In this document: positions 32,164-42,948 of the stretch, in pieces
Layout: each line of letters starts with the position of its first letter
Position numbering within the stretch: position 1 is the first letter of the stretch
Made by a program: the position numbers and the translations under genes
The notes under the pieces: generated by a model
Databases searched by the model: none
Seen by the model: the letters and a program-made list of their open reading frames with translations, nothing else
What the model was told of the DNA's origin: nothing
IMG/VR virus record: IMGVR_UViG_3300010339_000002
Coordinates: 5,329-69,328 of that record
DNA length: 64,000 nucleotides
Direction: 5' to 3' (one strand)
Origin: a virus

Positions 32164-32243
32164 TGGGGTGACGGGCGGGAATCGAACCCGCGAGACCACG
32201 GTTTCACAGACCGGGAAGACATCCCAACAGTCATCACCGTCAC
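32164..32243 (-). tRNA. atypical tRNA-His(GTG)
   Basis: GTG anticodon, C73, intact acceptor and T arm; aberrant D arm, no G-1. Confidence 0.65.
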
Positions 32244-32283
32244 ACTCTGCGTGCCCGGCTGACTCACGGGTACGACTTAAACT

Positions 32284-32358
32284 TGGCAGGGGAGGAGGGA
32301 CTCGAACCCCCGTAGCTGGTTTTGGAGACCAGAGTCCTAGCCGCTGGACGACTCCCCT
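32284..32358 (-). tRNA. tRNA-Trp(CCA)
   Basis: CTGGT-CT CCA AA-ACCAG; AGGGG acceptor; G73. Confidence 0.92.
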
Positions 32359-32397
32359 AAAACAAAAAACCCGCCGAACCTTCTCGGTCAGCGGGTC
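32359..32397 (-). terminator. intrinsic terminator (attenuator) directly upstream of first tRNA
   Basis: GACCCGCTGACC-GAGAA-GGTTCGGCGGG then TTTTTTGTTTT. Confidence 0.85.
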
Positions 32398-32423
32398 TGG
32401 AATTCTTGGATTGGAGATTTGAT

Positions 32424-32558
32424 CTACGTTACGATCACTCCATCGAAGAACGGACCCGCCGCGGTATTCCACCGCTGGCCGTCGCCCTGATGCTTTCGGG
32501 CGGCTCTCGTCGAATTGGATTTCCTGAAGGTCATGTTCTTAACCACAATACTGCGCAT
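32424..32558 (-). CDS. attenuator leader peptide, Arg/Lys/Asn/His/Gln/Trp-rich (44 aa)
   Basis: MRSIVVKNMTFRKSNSTRAARKHQGDGQRWNTAAGPFFDGVIVT*; alternative in-frame ATG at 32534. Confidence 0.75.
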   Translation of the reverse strand: MRSIVVKNMTFRKSNSTRAARKHQGDGQRWNTAAGPFFDGVIVT

Positions 32559-32562
32559 CTAC

Positions 32563-32590
32563 ATAATACACCAGACAGCGGGAAAATCAA
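32563..32590 (-). promoter_or_regulatory. sigma70-like promoter of tRNA operon
   Basis: TTGATT-N16-TATTAT. Confidence 0.6.
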
Positions 32591-33668
32591 TAGGAATTGT
32601 CGAAAATATTTCAAGAAAGGTCGGACTAGGGCTAAAACCAGCAGTTTCAATGGGTTTTCCGCTAGTCGTGGCTCAGCCATTGGTAGTAAAGCAGGCGGCA
32701 GATGCAGCCGGGGACGTTGTTCGTGCCGTGCCCCATGCAGTTCGGATTGGCATCGGCCTGCTCCGGCACGTCGGGCACCAGCGCCGCTTTGAGCCAGTCA
32801 AGTAATCGTTTAATCATCTGTCGCTCCGATGTTGCTCGCGTTCACCCACGAACTGTCGGGATAGAAAAACTCCGCAAGTTCGCAGCACACGTAAGCCCAC
32901 TCACCGTTGATTTTAATAGTCATCAGGGGACGCTGCAAGTCCTCCGCCTCGTTCTCGTAGTGGCAGCCGGGGCAGCACTTTACTCCGGTGTACTTGAAGT
33001 CCTTGCACGTCTTCATTGCTTCCACTGACGGAATTCCCCGGTCGGCTGGAAACAGCGCTGGCATATTTGCGATTCGATCTCACACTGAGGAGCCCAAAAA
33101 GTTTGCTGGCTGTGGCCGACCGCATGGCAGACGAAGATGCCAAAGGAATCCTTGAGCAAATATTCGCGGCTTCGCCAAATCTCTTTCCATCTTCGTGGGT
33201 TCCTTACTCGGGACCAGAGCACCTGTCGTCCCCATTTGCTGAAAACGTTCCAGCCTTCCCTTGCCGCTCCGCTCATTTTTCCATCCTTTCCCAGTGCCCG
33301 CCCTCGGCGCACGTCCCGCCGACCCAGCGCTGCTTGGGCCGGAGAGCATTCGTCTCTCTGCGTTGCTTTGCGAACTTATCCGCCATGCCGGGGTCTTTCC
33401 TTTCCCTGTGGCTTTTCTTTGCTGTTTCTTTCGCCATTACCTCTCCTTGGTCTCCGACTCAATGTACTCGGCCATCTCCTCGGCTTGCCATCGGGACAAT
33501 TTCCGCGGCCGACCGGAGCGCAACCAAGTGCAAACATCCTCCGCCTTCTCTTGGCCCGAACGGATCGCCTCGATGAACGGCTGGGCTTCGTCCTCGATCC
33601 TCTCTTCCGCTCTCATGAGGGTCGGGCTCACAGCGACCATCATGCCGTTTGCTTCAGCCCTTCTCAGA

Positions 33669-34421
33669 CTATCCCTCAGTTTTCCCATGTTCTTTTTCCT
33701 CGCCTTTGATGGCTTCCTGAACTTCGGCGGGAAGCAAAGCAATTCGCTCCCGCGTGACGATTTCCGAACGGGAGGGATTCGCGGAATAAACGTACGGAAT
33801 GCTCTCTCCGCTCTCGTCCCGATAATCCATATAGTGGGTGAGGTACACCCAAGGCTGCTCCTTCCATACGGGCAGGAACGGGCCGACCTCGCGGAACTGC
33901 TGCAAGTGGAACCGGAAGGCTTCGCGGGCGTCAATGTCGGCGATCAGAGTGTCATCGCGCCAATGGCCGGAATACCCGACAGGAATGAGAACTCCCGTAC
34001 CAACGTGGAGATTGAAATAGCAGGTGCCGCCGTTCAGCTTGCCGTAATAGGTGTCGAATTTCAGGAGCAGCCCCTCATCGGCTTTCCAGAAAACATAGAG
34101 GGTTTCATTTACGTCTGGCTCTCTCCTGCTTTTGCCGACGAAGGGGAGGGCTAGAACCTGCTTGAATCCCTCCGCCTCGATGACCTCGAAATATTCCTTA
34201 AGCGGCATGGCCCAGTAGGAATCGTTGCGTTCCTGAAGCCCCGCCTTCCTGTGCCTGCCATTTTCGTGCATCAGAGCCATCCCCAGCCAGACGGTAGATT
34301 CGTCGTCGTGGGAGTCCTTCCCGGTAATTTTTTCTGCCGTGTCCAAAGCGTCGAACGCCAGCAATCGCTTGAGCTTTGAATCGGGAATTACTGACTCTTT
34401 TTTCTGTGGTTTGGTGCTCAT
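33669..34421 (-). CDS. hypothetical phage protein
   Basis: 250-aa ORF in coupled chain. Confidence 0.7.
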   Translation of the reverse strand: MSTKPQKKESVIPDSKLKRLLAFDALDTAEKITGKDSHDDESTVWLGMALMHENGRHRKAGLQERNDSYWAMPLKEYFEVIEAEGFKQVLALPFVGKSRREPDVNETLYVFWKADEGLLLKFDTYYGKLNGGTCYFNLHVGTGVLIPVGYSGHWRDDTLIADIDAREAFRFHLQQFREVGPFLPVWKEQPWVYLTHYMDYRDESGESIPYVYSANPSRSEIVTRERIALLPAEVQEAIKGEEKEHGKTEG

Positions 34422-34844
34422 TTCTTATTGCTCCAATGCTTCTCTTCGAGGGGATTGCACTCCGAGCAGCGCCAGCCATAGACATGCCCGAAGAACACCC
34501 GAGGCTCCATGGGAGCTTCACATTTCTCGCAGAGCGGCACATCCATGCCAAGCATCAGCGATGTGTCGCCGAGTGGCCTCTCGGACCTGACGGGCTCGTT
34601 GTCCACCAGCGGGTCGAATATGTCGAAGATGCTCATACATCTACAATCTTATACCAGAGCTTGCGAATCTTGATAAAAAGCGGCTCCGGCTTGATCCCAT
34701 TAGGTGGATAGAACCGCTTCATCAGGCAATCGGGGCACTCGTGCCGGAGGTGCAAATCCGTGATGTACTCCTGACCGCACTGGCAGCGCTCCAGCAAGTG
34801 TGCCTCTTGCCTGCCCCGCACGTCGAGGTCTATGTGCTCGTCGT

Positions 34845-35138
34845 TCATAATATCTTCGCCTCCCCAAGATGCGGACGCTTGCGCTTCCACTCGATCCACT
34901 TCCGCACAGCCGGGTGCGCCTTCAGCTTCTCAATGGTATTGTACTCCCGTTCAAGCTCTTTTTCACTGAAAAGGGCGTGAAGCTGGTTGTGGCACGGGCG
35001 GCACATGTCGGCGGTCTTTTTCCGCTCGTCCCCAAAGTCCCGCTTCACCTTCCGATTGTGCCGCATCCGCGGGATCAGGTGGTGGTCGGTCAGCCGCATC
35101 CCGTCCATCTCGCAAAGCTCGCAGACCCCTACTCCCAT
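34845..35138 (-). CDS. small HNH-type protein
   Basis: CELC...LTDHHLIP...CRPCHNQLH. Confidence 0.8.
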   Translation of the reverse strand: MGVGVCELCEMDGMRLTDHHLIPRMRHNRKVKRDFGDERKKTADMCRPCHNQLHALFSEKELEREYNTIEKLKAHPAVRKWIEWKRKRPHLGEAKIL

Positions 35139-35581
35139 AGACTGTGGGGCTCCCGTGGCCAGAATCGATACTCACGTTTCTTATCCGGGTCATAAAAGCC
35201 CCAAGACCTTGCAAGTCGATTAGCCTCCCATTCATCGGGCCGCTCTTCGTAGTGAGGCATCTCTTTAGCCATATCGATTGGTCCGGCGTGTCTCAGAGCA
35301 ACGTGAGCAAATTCGTGCGCTACTGTGTAGTTTACTCGTTCCTGCGGATCGGTTTCAAGGATGGGGTCTAAGTAGATGTGCCAGCGGTTGGTTCCTCCGC
35401 TTTGCCAAGCAGAACCCGATACATTGCTGGGTGCGAGAATATCTACATTTAATTCATCCAAGACACCACCGGGCACTCTCGCCGCAAAATATTGCAACGC
35501 TTTGTAAGTTTTAGCTCTGCGTTCTTTATCTATTGACCAACAGAACCGCTTCTCGAATTCTTCCCAATCCATGCTTGCCAT
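35129..35581 (-). CDS. ImmA/IrrE-like zinc metallopeptidase
   Basis: YTVAHEFAHVAL.H ... EWEANRLA. Confidence 0.7.
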   Translation of the reverse strand: MASMDWEEFEKRFCWSIDKERRAKTYKALQYFAARVPGGVLDELNVDILAPSNVSGSAWQSGGTNRWHIYLDPILETDPQERVNYTVAHEFAHVALRHAGPIDMAKEMPHYEERPDEWEANRLARSWGFYDPDKKREYRFWPREPHSLWE

Positions 35582-36990
35582 CCTAATCGAACCGAATCGT
35601 ATTTCCCTTGAAGAGCCCGGAGCAGACCGCGCCGCTCACAGGCTTTCCCGAGGGAGACACCGCCGTGAAGCCTGTGCTGAACAGATCATGGTTGTCACAG
35701 GTGAACCAGCGGTATCCCGTTGTCTGCACATGCGTGTAGCCGTTGTCTTCCAAGGTTTTCTGTGCTGTGACGGGAGAAGTACAGGCCATGGGCATAAGAA
35801 TGATGTACAGGACTATCCCCGCCAAGATAAGGAATCCTTTCAGGATTGTCTTTGCGTCGTCTTTATCCACGGCTATTCCTCTTTCAAGTAGGACTGCGCG
35901 TCCCACATCGAGACGTGCTGTCCGCTCTCCGTGACGACGCTGAATCCGCCTTGCGACGGTGGTGCTAGTTCCCCGTTCGGGCCGATGCCACTCTTGGAGA
36001 CGATTCTCTCCACGCGGCCCCCGACCTTCACGTGGGTCGCTTCCCTCACATCAACGCCCTCTTTCATTGTTTTTCCCTCTGTCACTCTTGATCGTTGTCT
36101 CTCAAGGCGAGCACATGCACGGCATGGCACGTTTCTTGTGCATGGGCAACAAACGCCGCCAGAGACTTTTGATCCCCGCGTTGTCCGAAAACAAGCATGC
36201 TCTCTGTTTTGTCGTTTGCATCGGTCACATCAAAGTTTCCCTTGATTTTCCCATCGGGAGTAAGAAGCAGCTTGAGTTCTGATGTCAATCCGTTTTTACC
36301 GCTTGACACGCGCACAAAAGTAAGGATGTCCACCTCTTGGTCGCCATAGGGCAGGCGGTCGCCTTGCTTGAATGCATACTTGAATCCGGCGCTCTTATGG
36401 CGACGCTCTTTTCGCAACCCCACCCCGTAAAGGGCTGACAAACTTTGCTCGTACTTTGCGGTGATAACATCGTCTGTCACTGACAAGCTGTATCGCCCAC
36501 CCTCAGTGTCGGGGTTTCCGCAGAAAGCCAGATTCCACTCGCCAGCCATCTTGGCTTGGGCAGCGATCAGGTCCGGACCCAGCAGTGCAAAATCCGTGTC
36601 CTGTTGCCCAAAAAGAAGCAGCGAACTCCCCAGCAGGATGACAGCAAGTAGCGCGCAATACGGTGTCCATGTTTTGAAATTCATCATTCTTCTCCTCGGG
36701 TTCTCATTTCTTTGAGTTCCCAAATCTTTGCCCTGTAGTGCCGGATGGCACGCATCACGTCTTCTTCGGTGACACAGCTTGTCGCGTGGATGCCAGCCGA
36801 CGCGAGGACTTTGGCGCTGTAATGCGGAAGGTTTCGAATCTCTTCCTCCAGCGAATCCACCGGGTCTTCGGTGTTCGCCGAGGACGCGGGGTCGTTGGCC
36901 CAGTCCGTAAGGTCTTTCTCTACGCCGCCAACCGCCACGCCGAGCCAAGGCTCGGGACCAGTTGGAACGTGGGTACAAACACCTATCGGC

Positions 36991-37971
36991 TTAGCTTTTT
37001 TCTTTGGCATCAGCCTTTTCCTTCTCGTAAAGCTCCATGGCCACCTTGACCATCTCCCGCTCGACCCATTTTTGGTCTTCCCATTCCTTGATGGCTCCCG
37101 GATTCGCTTTGCAGTGCTCCGATATCCACCATGTTGACGCGGAGAACGCCTTGCTGATAATCCGCAAGACCGCATTGCTTTGGTTCCAGACCGTCTCCTG
37201 CGCGGCGGTCACGATGTCACTGACCTTGCCGAGATCAACCGCTGGGGGCAAGCCGGAAGCCAGCCGGGCAGCTTCGAGTCGGGTGAAAAGTTCCTGTGCG
37301 ATCTCTTCAATGTCCCTCAGGGTTCCGGCTTTACCCTTCCGGATGTCAATCAGGTGCTCCCTTTCGGGGCGGGGTAGCGTGATCCTGCCCGTCTGCATAA
37401 GCTCAATGCCCTCGTTGAGCACGCGGACCAGATGCATGGCCGCCTTAGTATCGTAGCCAAACTCGGCGATCAAATCCAGCCGCTTCCCCCGCTTGCCCTG
37501 CCCCTCGCCCTTGAGCGTGCGGAGCATGTGCTCGCAGAACTTTTGGAAATGCAGCCCGGCGTGGGAACTCAGGAACACGGGGATATTCGGCGTGACGAAG
37601 TGCTCCCAGATGTCGCTCTTGGGTGCGAGGTTGTTTACGAACATGAACTCGATGGCGCTCGGGTTGCCGGATGTTGCCATCTTCGCCCACTTGCGGAGGG
37701 AGTACATGTTCATGTCGATGTCCCCCGCATTGTTGCGCACCTTGTCTCCCGCCGTGCTCCAGACCCAGTGCTCGTCCACGCCGCGGACGCCGACGATCTC
37801 TTCCAGCGGCGGGACGTATACGCCAAGCAGGTCGAAATCGCTTTTGTTTTCTAGCTTCACGCCGTGCGCTGCGGACCCGCCGATGAAGAGGTGGACGGTT
37901 TCGCCCAAGTACGGATAGTCGGTGTTTTGGACGATCAGTTCGTAGATTTCTGGCGCTTGACGAGGAACCAT
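36991..37971 (-). CDS. Pol-beta superfamily nucleotidyltransferase (YcgL/RlaP-like, RNA-repair associated)
   Basis: GGSAAHG....SDFD..GVY, GNPSAIE, GYDTKAAMHLVR. Confidence 0.85.
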   Translation of the reverse strand: MVPRQAPEIYELIVQNTDYPYLGETVHLFIGGSAAHGVKLENKSDFDLLGVYVPPLEEIVGVRGVDEHWVWSTAGDKVRNNAGDIDMNMYSLRKWAKMATSGNPSAIEFMFVNNLAPKSDIWEHFVTPNIPVFLSSHAGLHFQKFCEHMLRTLKGEGQGKRGKRLDLIAEFGYDTKAAMHLVRVLNEGIELMQTGRITLPRPEREHLIDIRKGKAGTLRDIEEIAQELFTRLEAARLASGLPPAVDLGKVSDIVTAAQETVWNQSNAVLRIISKAFSASTWWISEHCKANPGAIKEWEDQKWVEREMVKVAMELYEKEKADAKEKS

Positions 37972-38184
37972 AGATTACACCCTGCTAGTATTGTGAATGT
38001 TGCTGGCAAAAATGCAAGATCAAAGCGGTGCATGCGCAGCATCATGACCGCCCAAATGCAATTTCCTACGATGCTTGCGGCCCATCCGGCCCTGAGGTAC
38101 TGCCGTCCGAGAAGGACGTAGCACAGAATGAGCACAAAATTGGCGAACCAGATCATAAGACTTAATACTGAATTGTCAATTTTA

Positions 38185-38643
38185 TCAGGAATTTTCTATG
38201 CGGGCCTCAAACGGGAGCCTCGCCTGATAGTGGCGACTGTCCTGTTTCCAGCAATTGCATGGAGCACACATGGTTTGTAGGTTCTCAAGGCTGTCCGGCC
38301 CACCCTTTGATCTCGGAAGAACGTGATCTTTCGTCATGAGGATTTCCCGGCCATCCGCCCGCACCGCATAAAGATTGAAATGCCAAGTCTTGGCAGTAGC
38401 CTTGAAGCCCGAACCGTCCTTGAGTTTCTTAGCGCTGCGTTCCTTGGCGAAGTATTTTCCTTCGAGCCCGCAACTTACGCAGACCAACGACCGGGCGAAA
38501 ATCTGGTACCGCAGGGAGATGACCGGGATTATGTCGCCATCAAACATCGCCCAAGCGTTACCAAGCTGCGACAGTACGGCCTCCACCGTGTAGATGCCGT
38601 TGCGCTCGTAGCCCGGATGGAAGCCGATCTTTAGAGGGGCCAC
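38185..38643 (-). CDS. HNH endonuclease
   Basis: CVSCG...TKDHVLPRSKGG.D..ENLQTMCAPCN. Confidence 0.85.
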   Translation of the reverse strand: MAPLKIGFHPGYERNGIYTVEAVLSQLGNAWAMFDGDIIPVISLRYQIFARSLVCVSCGLEGKYFAKERSAKKLKDGSGFKATAKTWHFNLYAVRADGREILMTKDHVLPRSKGGPDSLENLQTMCAPCNCWKQDSRHYQARLPFEARIENS

Positions 38644-39592
38644 TTATTTCTCTTTTCTCGGCATACAGAATACACACTTTTTGGGGTCGCATTTCCCTGC
38701 GGCGTGCGCATCCAAGTTCTTGATGAACTCGATCTCGGCATCGAAGTCCAACACGGTTTCGGTCTTGTGGAATCCCATCGGGGGACGAGGCGGCTTGGGT
38801 TTCCCGCTCATTCTTCCGGAATCCTTTCGACACCCAAGATTTCCGCGGTCTCGGCCTGCTCCAGCCTGCTGATCCGCTCGCCGCTGACGTAGCTGGCGAC
38901 GAAGTCGAGGATGTCCCTGCCGGGGACTCGGACCTCGTTGCCTGTTCTCATGTCCTTAACGTATACATCGCCGCTCAGGTCTTGGTTATGGTTGAAGATC
39001 GTGGCCTTGCCAGTGAACGTGTGCATCAGCGCCACCCTTCATTAGATGACGGCCTAACGTCCGGGTCCGGGAAACTTACCTGAGTCCCGAACGCCTCCAT
39101 CAGTTCCTTCTGGTCCTCGTAAAGGAACTGCGTCCAGTTGCCACCATGGTCGTGCTGGGCGACTTCAAGAAAAACGCAACGGGGATCGCCGCCGCTCATG
39201 CTCCGGTACACGCGGGTAACCTGCGCCAAGCCGCCGATGACATCGTCCTCGCCATGGTCCAAGTAGAGGCAAGTCTGCGTGTAGATCAAATCACTTGGTT
39301 TCGGCACCCAGTGCTTGCCAGACTTGATCCGCATGCGGAGAATGGCGATCTGCTCCCGCGAGAACATGTTCTCGCCCTTTCGGCAGAACTTCTTGCCGCG
39401 CTCCGTCGCATACCAACTGCCCTCGGAGGTCGTTGCGACTTTGATGTAGCCCAGCTTTACCAGCCGGGCCAACGCTTTGAAATCTTCCGTGGTTCTGGCT
39501 TGGTGCGTGTATGCCGCTGAAACTGATTTCCTGACAAGAGTCACGAGGTGGCTCTTTTCCAGTGCGGATAGGCGTGCTTTCATTTGCCCCCC

Positions 39593-40216
39593 TTAGGCGT
39601 TGTACTCGAACTCCGCGATCTTCCCGCCGTTGGCCCTGTGCTGCCGGAGGAGGGAAACCACCTGCCAGCCGAGAGCAGTCAATTTGTACTGCGGGTTGAT
39701 CCCCGTGCCCACAGACGAGACGAGTCCCGCAGCTTCCAGATCATCGCAGCAATCCCAGTCGTCGTGGTCCTTCAGTTCGCCGAACTTGTAGCGGGTGGGA
39801 TATTCCCCGGTGCTGCCCTCATGGGCAAGGTACGGATGGAGCATGGGGTTGCAGCGCATCTGGCGCTTGTCCGGCTTGCCACCGTGGTCCACGCAGCGAG
39901 TCTCAATGTAGACGAAGGTTGACCAATGGTCCGCCCCGAATTGCTGCATGGGGACGAATTTCTTGACCGCCTTGTGCCGGACGTTCTTCGCCGTCGTCTT
40001 TGACGGTCGGTAGAAAGCGGCCAAGCTGTTGATCGTCGTGATCTGTTCGCCCGGCTGGTATTCCACGTTGATCCCGCGGAGAGTCCCCTCCTTGATGAGG
40101 AACAGCCCGCCGTCTTCGGCTGGCTTCAAGCACTCGACAACCGCCGTGCCGAAGCGGCTGTGCACCATGCGGTAGTTCTTGCCCCGCACCAGCTTCTTGC
40201 TAGATATGGCTTTCAT
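39593..40216 (-). CDS. hypothetical phage protein
   Basis: 207-aa ORF with SD GGAG. Confidence 0.7.
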   Translation of the reverse strand: MKAISSKKLVRGKNYRMVHSRFGTAVVECLKPAEDGGLFLIKEGTLRGINVEYQPGEQITTINSLAAFYRPSKTTAKNVRHKAVKKFVPMQQFGADHWSTFVYIETRCVDHGGKPDKRQMRCNPMLHPYLAHEGSTGEYPTRYKFGELKDHDDWDCCDDLEAAGLVSSVGTGINPQYKLTALGWQVVSLLRQHRANGGKIAEFEYNA

Positions 40217-41710
40217 GCTTCATCTCCTGTCTTATGATAGCATAAACTCCGGCTTGAACATAGCTCATTGGACCTTTTCGTCATAAAGCTTGCATCGCAG
40301 GACGAACGCCGTCATGCAAGCCTGCACGAATTCGCGGCTCATGCACTCGTTGTCGCACTCAACTTTTCCATCCGGCCGCCGGACAAATGTCAAAACCCCA
40401 AAGCCGAACCCCTTGATGGCCCACTTGATCTCGAATCCCTCTCCGCGATCGTGCTTGAACGTGCTCCCGAGCGTGCAGGCGGCGAACTCCCACTTGCCGA
40501 CTTTGATGGGTATTTCAAGCATGGTCGGTATGTCAACGACTACCCGGCCCTCGGCGACAAGCTTCTTGATCTCTTTTAGCCGTGCCGCGCTCGCGGGTTT
40601 TTTCCGAGGTTTCATTGTTCCTCTCCGCAATTCGGGCAATTCCTGTTCCCCGTGGGCACCCGAGTCCCGCAGTGCTTGCACCGCTTGTGGGGCTGCTCGA
40701 AGTCCCCGATGCTGATCTCTGCCCGTGCAAGCTGGCCGAGCAAGTCCTGACCGTGGTCCAGCCCCCTGTTGTACGCCGTCGCGATCGCGTTTCCAACCGC
40801 TATGTAGAATTCGTTGACTAGCGCCCGCTGCTCCGGCGTCATGAGGTGGAACGTGCTGAATGTCCCTTTGGGGTAGAACGACCCGGTGTTCGGGAGCACC
40901 GGGACCATAGGATCGCCTGCTTTGTCATCGTGGTCAACGGGAGGCGAAAAAGCCCGGAGTAGCTTGAGGTACAGTTCCGCCACTTCGTCATAGCGGTTCC
41001 CGAGGGAGTCGCCCCACGCAGGGCCGTAGCCTTCAGTACAGACTTCGCACAGGTTCGGGTCCTTGAGGTGCTTGCGCACTCGGTACCTGCGCTTCGGCTT
41101 GAACGTCTCAGTCATATTGATGGGTCTTTACCCTCTTGCCACTTCCGATGCACAACTCTTCTCCCTCCGGCCGAAGGTCGCCCCGTTTTCTCTCTGATGG
41201 AAAATGAACACGCAATTTCCCGCCGCGCTTTGCGATGAAGCGCCCGCAGTCTGGACAAACTCCGAATGCTCGCTTAGGCATTTATTCCCATCGCTTTCTT
41301 CAACCGCTTGACCGCCTTCGTCAAAGCAGCGCAGTCGTCGCATCCACAAGGCCTCCAAATGAACTCACCGTCCTCGTCCAAATCCATCGGCCCGCAGAAC
41401 GGAACGTGCATTGCATTCCTGCGAGATGCGTGCTGCTCCAGAATCCCCTCAAGAATTTTGAGTGTCTTTTCCATTCAGCGTAAATTACTCCAATTTGTAC
41501 AACTCCTCAAGTTCCTTCTCTTCACAAAGCTCGCGAGTCGGAATCCTAAATCCGCCCGGTGTGTCTACCGTGCCGTCCGGGTTCACCACCCAGCCCACCT
41601 TTTCGCAGTAGGCTTTGTCGGGAAACGGAATCCAATGAGCGAATATGCCACGGATCAAGTCTGGGTCGAACTTCACGCCACGGCATATGTCCTCAAGCTC
41701 TTCCCGTGAC

Positions 41711-42310
41711 TTATTCCCAGTAGGTTCGCCAGTCGGCATGGTAGACCTCGATAAGTTTCTTCATGTAGGCGTTGGTCTTGATCTTCACCATGAAATCGTC
41801 GCCTTTGGCGACCACACCTTCCCACACAGGATACTTGCCCTCATGCACGTCCTCAATGAACTGCTTGTTCAGGTTGCCTTCGTAGACCACCTGAGCGGCG
41901 TACGGCAGGTCGCCGAAGTTCCGCACGAAGTCCCGCGGGCGCATGATGCCCCGCTTGTAGAGGTTCACGTCGAACAGCCAGAGTTTCTTGGGCTCGTCCT
42001 GCACGTGCCGCCCGGCGAACGTGCTCGGGCCGAGGAACTCGGTGAACACGATGGCGGACTGCACGCCCCGCTCGATCTCCTTGCAGCGCCGGGCGATCTC
42101 GTCGCCCATGGTGTTGAGGAAGATCGGTATCGCCTGCCCGAACAGCGGATCGCTGGCGTCAAACATCTGCGTGCGGGTGCCGAACTTGTACCAGCCGCGC
42201 TTCGGCGACCACTCCCACCTGAGATTGGAGCCGTCGTATTTGACGAAGGCGATGCACTGCTTCCCGAGGGGAGCTTTCGCCGAGCCTGCGATTTCGGGGT
42301 ATTGCTTCAT
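41711..42310 (-). CDS. RNA ligase-like nucleotidyltransferase
   Basis: motif I KYDGSN, EF.G, LFDV, EGVV, KIK. Confidence 0.75.
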   Translation of the reverse strand: MKQYPEIAGSAKAPLGKQCIAFVKYDGSNLRWEWSPKRGWYKFGTRTQMFDASDPLFGQAIPIFLNTMGDEIARRCKEIERGVQSAIVFTEFLGPSTFAGRHVQDEPKKLWLFDVNLYKRGIMRPRDFVRNFGDLPYAAQVVYEGNLNKQFIEDVHEGKYPVWEGVVAKGDDFMVKIKTNAYMKKLIEVYHADWRTYWE

Positions 42311-42948
42311 TCGGTTTCCGCCATCCTAGATATGACGTTGAGCAAAAACTTGAAAGTCAGGGGCGTAGGCTCCTCGCCGTCTGTCAGGCGAAGCTGGCTG
42401 TCCGCCGCCAAGCCGACCGAGAACCGACTATCGTCATACGCGGCTTGCAGCCGGGCGTCCGTCTGTCGTTCGATTCGCATGCTGCGCTTCATTTCACTCC
42501 TAAGGCGGCTTTGTATCCCTCAACGAAGGAAAACGCCTGATCGCTCCATCGAAGAATGTCGAGGTTATCTTGCCAAACCCTCGTCCGTATGTCGAAACTG
42601 TCGGCGTTCTGCGAATACTCCACATAGATAGTACCCTTGTCTACGGGGTTGATGCGACCAAGATACTCAACGGTCTTTTCGGCGACCTGCTTGGCGAGTT
42701 CCCGGTTCTCGCCGAAATCCGTCACGTCCAAATGCGTGATGTCGTAACTCATAGCAACCCCATCATCTTCCAGATTTCATTGATCCGTTCCTGATACCCA
42801 TCCCTTAGGGACTGAGGCAAAGAGGTATTCTTTTCGAGAATCTTAGCGGCAAGGACTTCGCTGAGCGTGCCAATCGCCACGCGGACAGTCATGGCTTGCG
42901 CCGGAGTCAATGTCGTACCGTTGATCGTGATGATTGTTTCCGCTGGCA

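Noticed and set aside
31885-32472. 195-aa ORF and other ORFs overlapping the tRNA clusters (also 53921-54271, 54402-54593)
   Set aside because: They run through tRNA genes and terminators; spurious.
32459-32475. T-box-like sequence GGTGGAATACCGCG upstream of the tRNA operon
   Set aside because: The bulge would be UGGAAUACC rather than UGGNACC, there is no Stem I/specifier loop, and it forms its own hairpin within the leader ORF. The leader-peptide model explains both operons.
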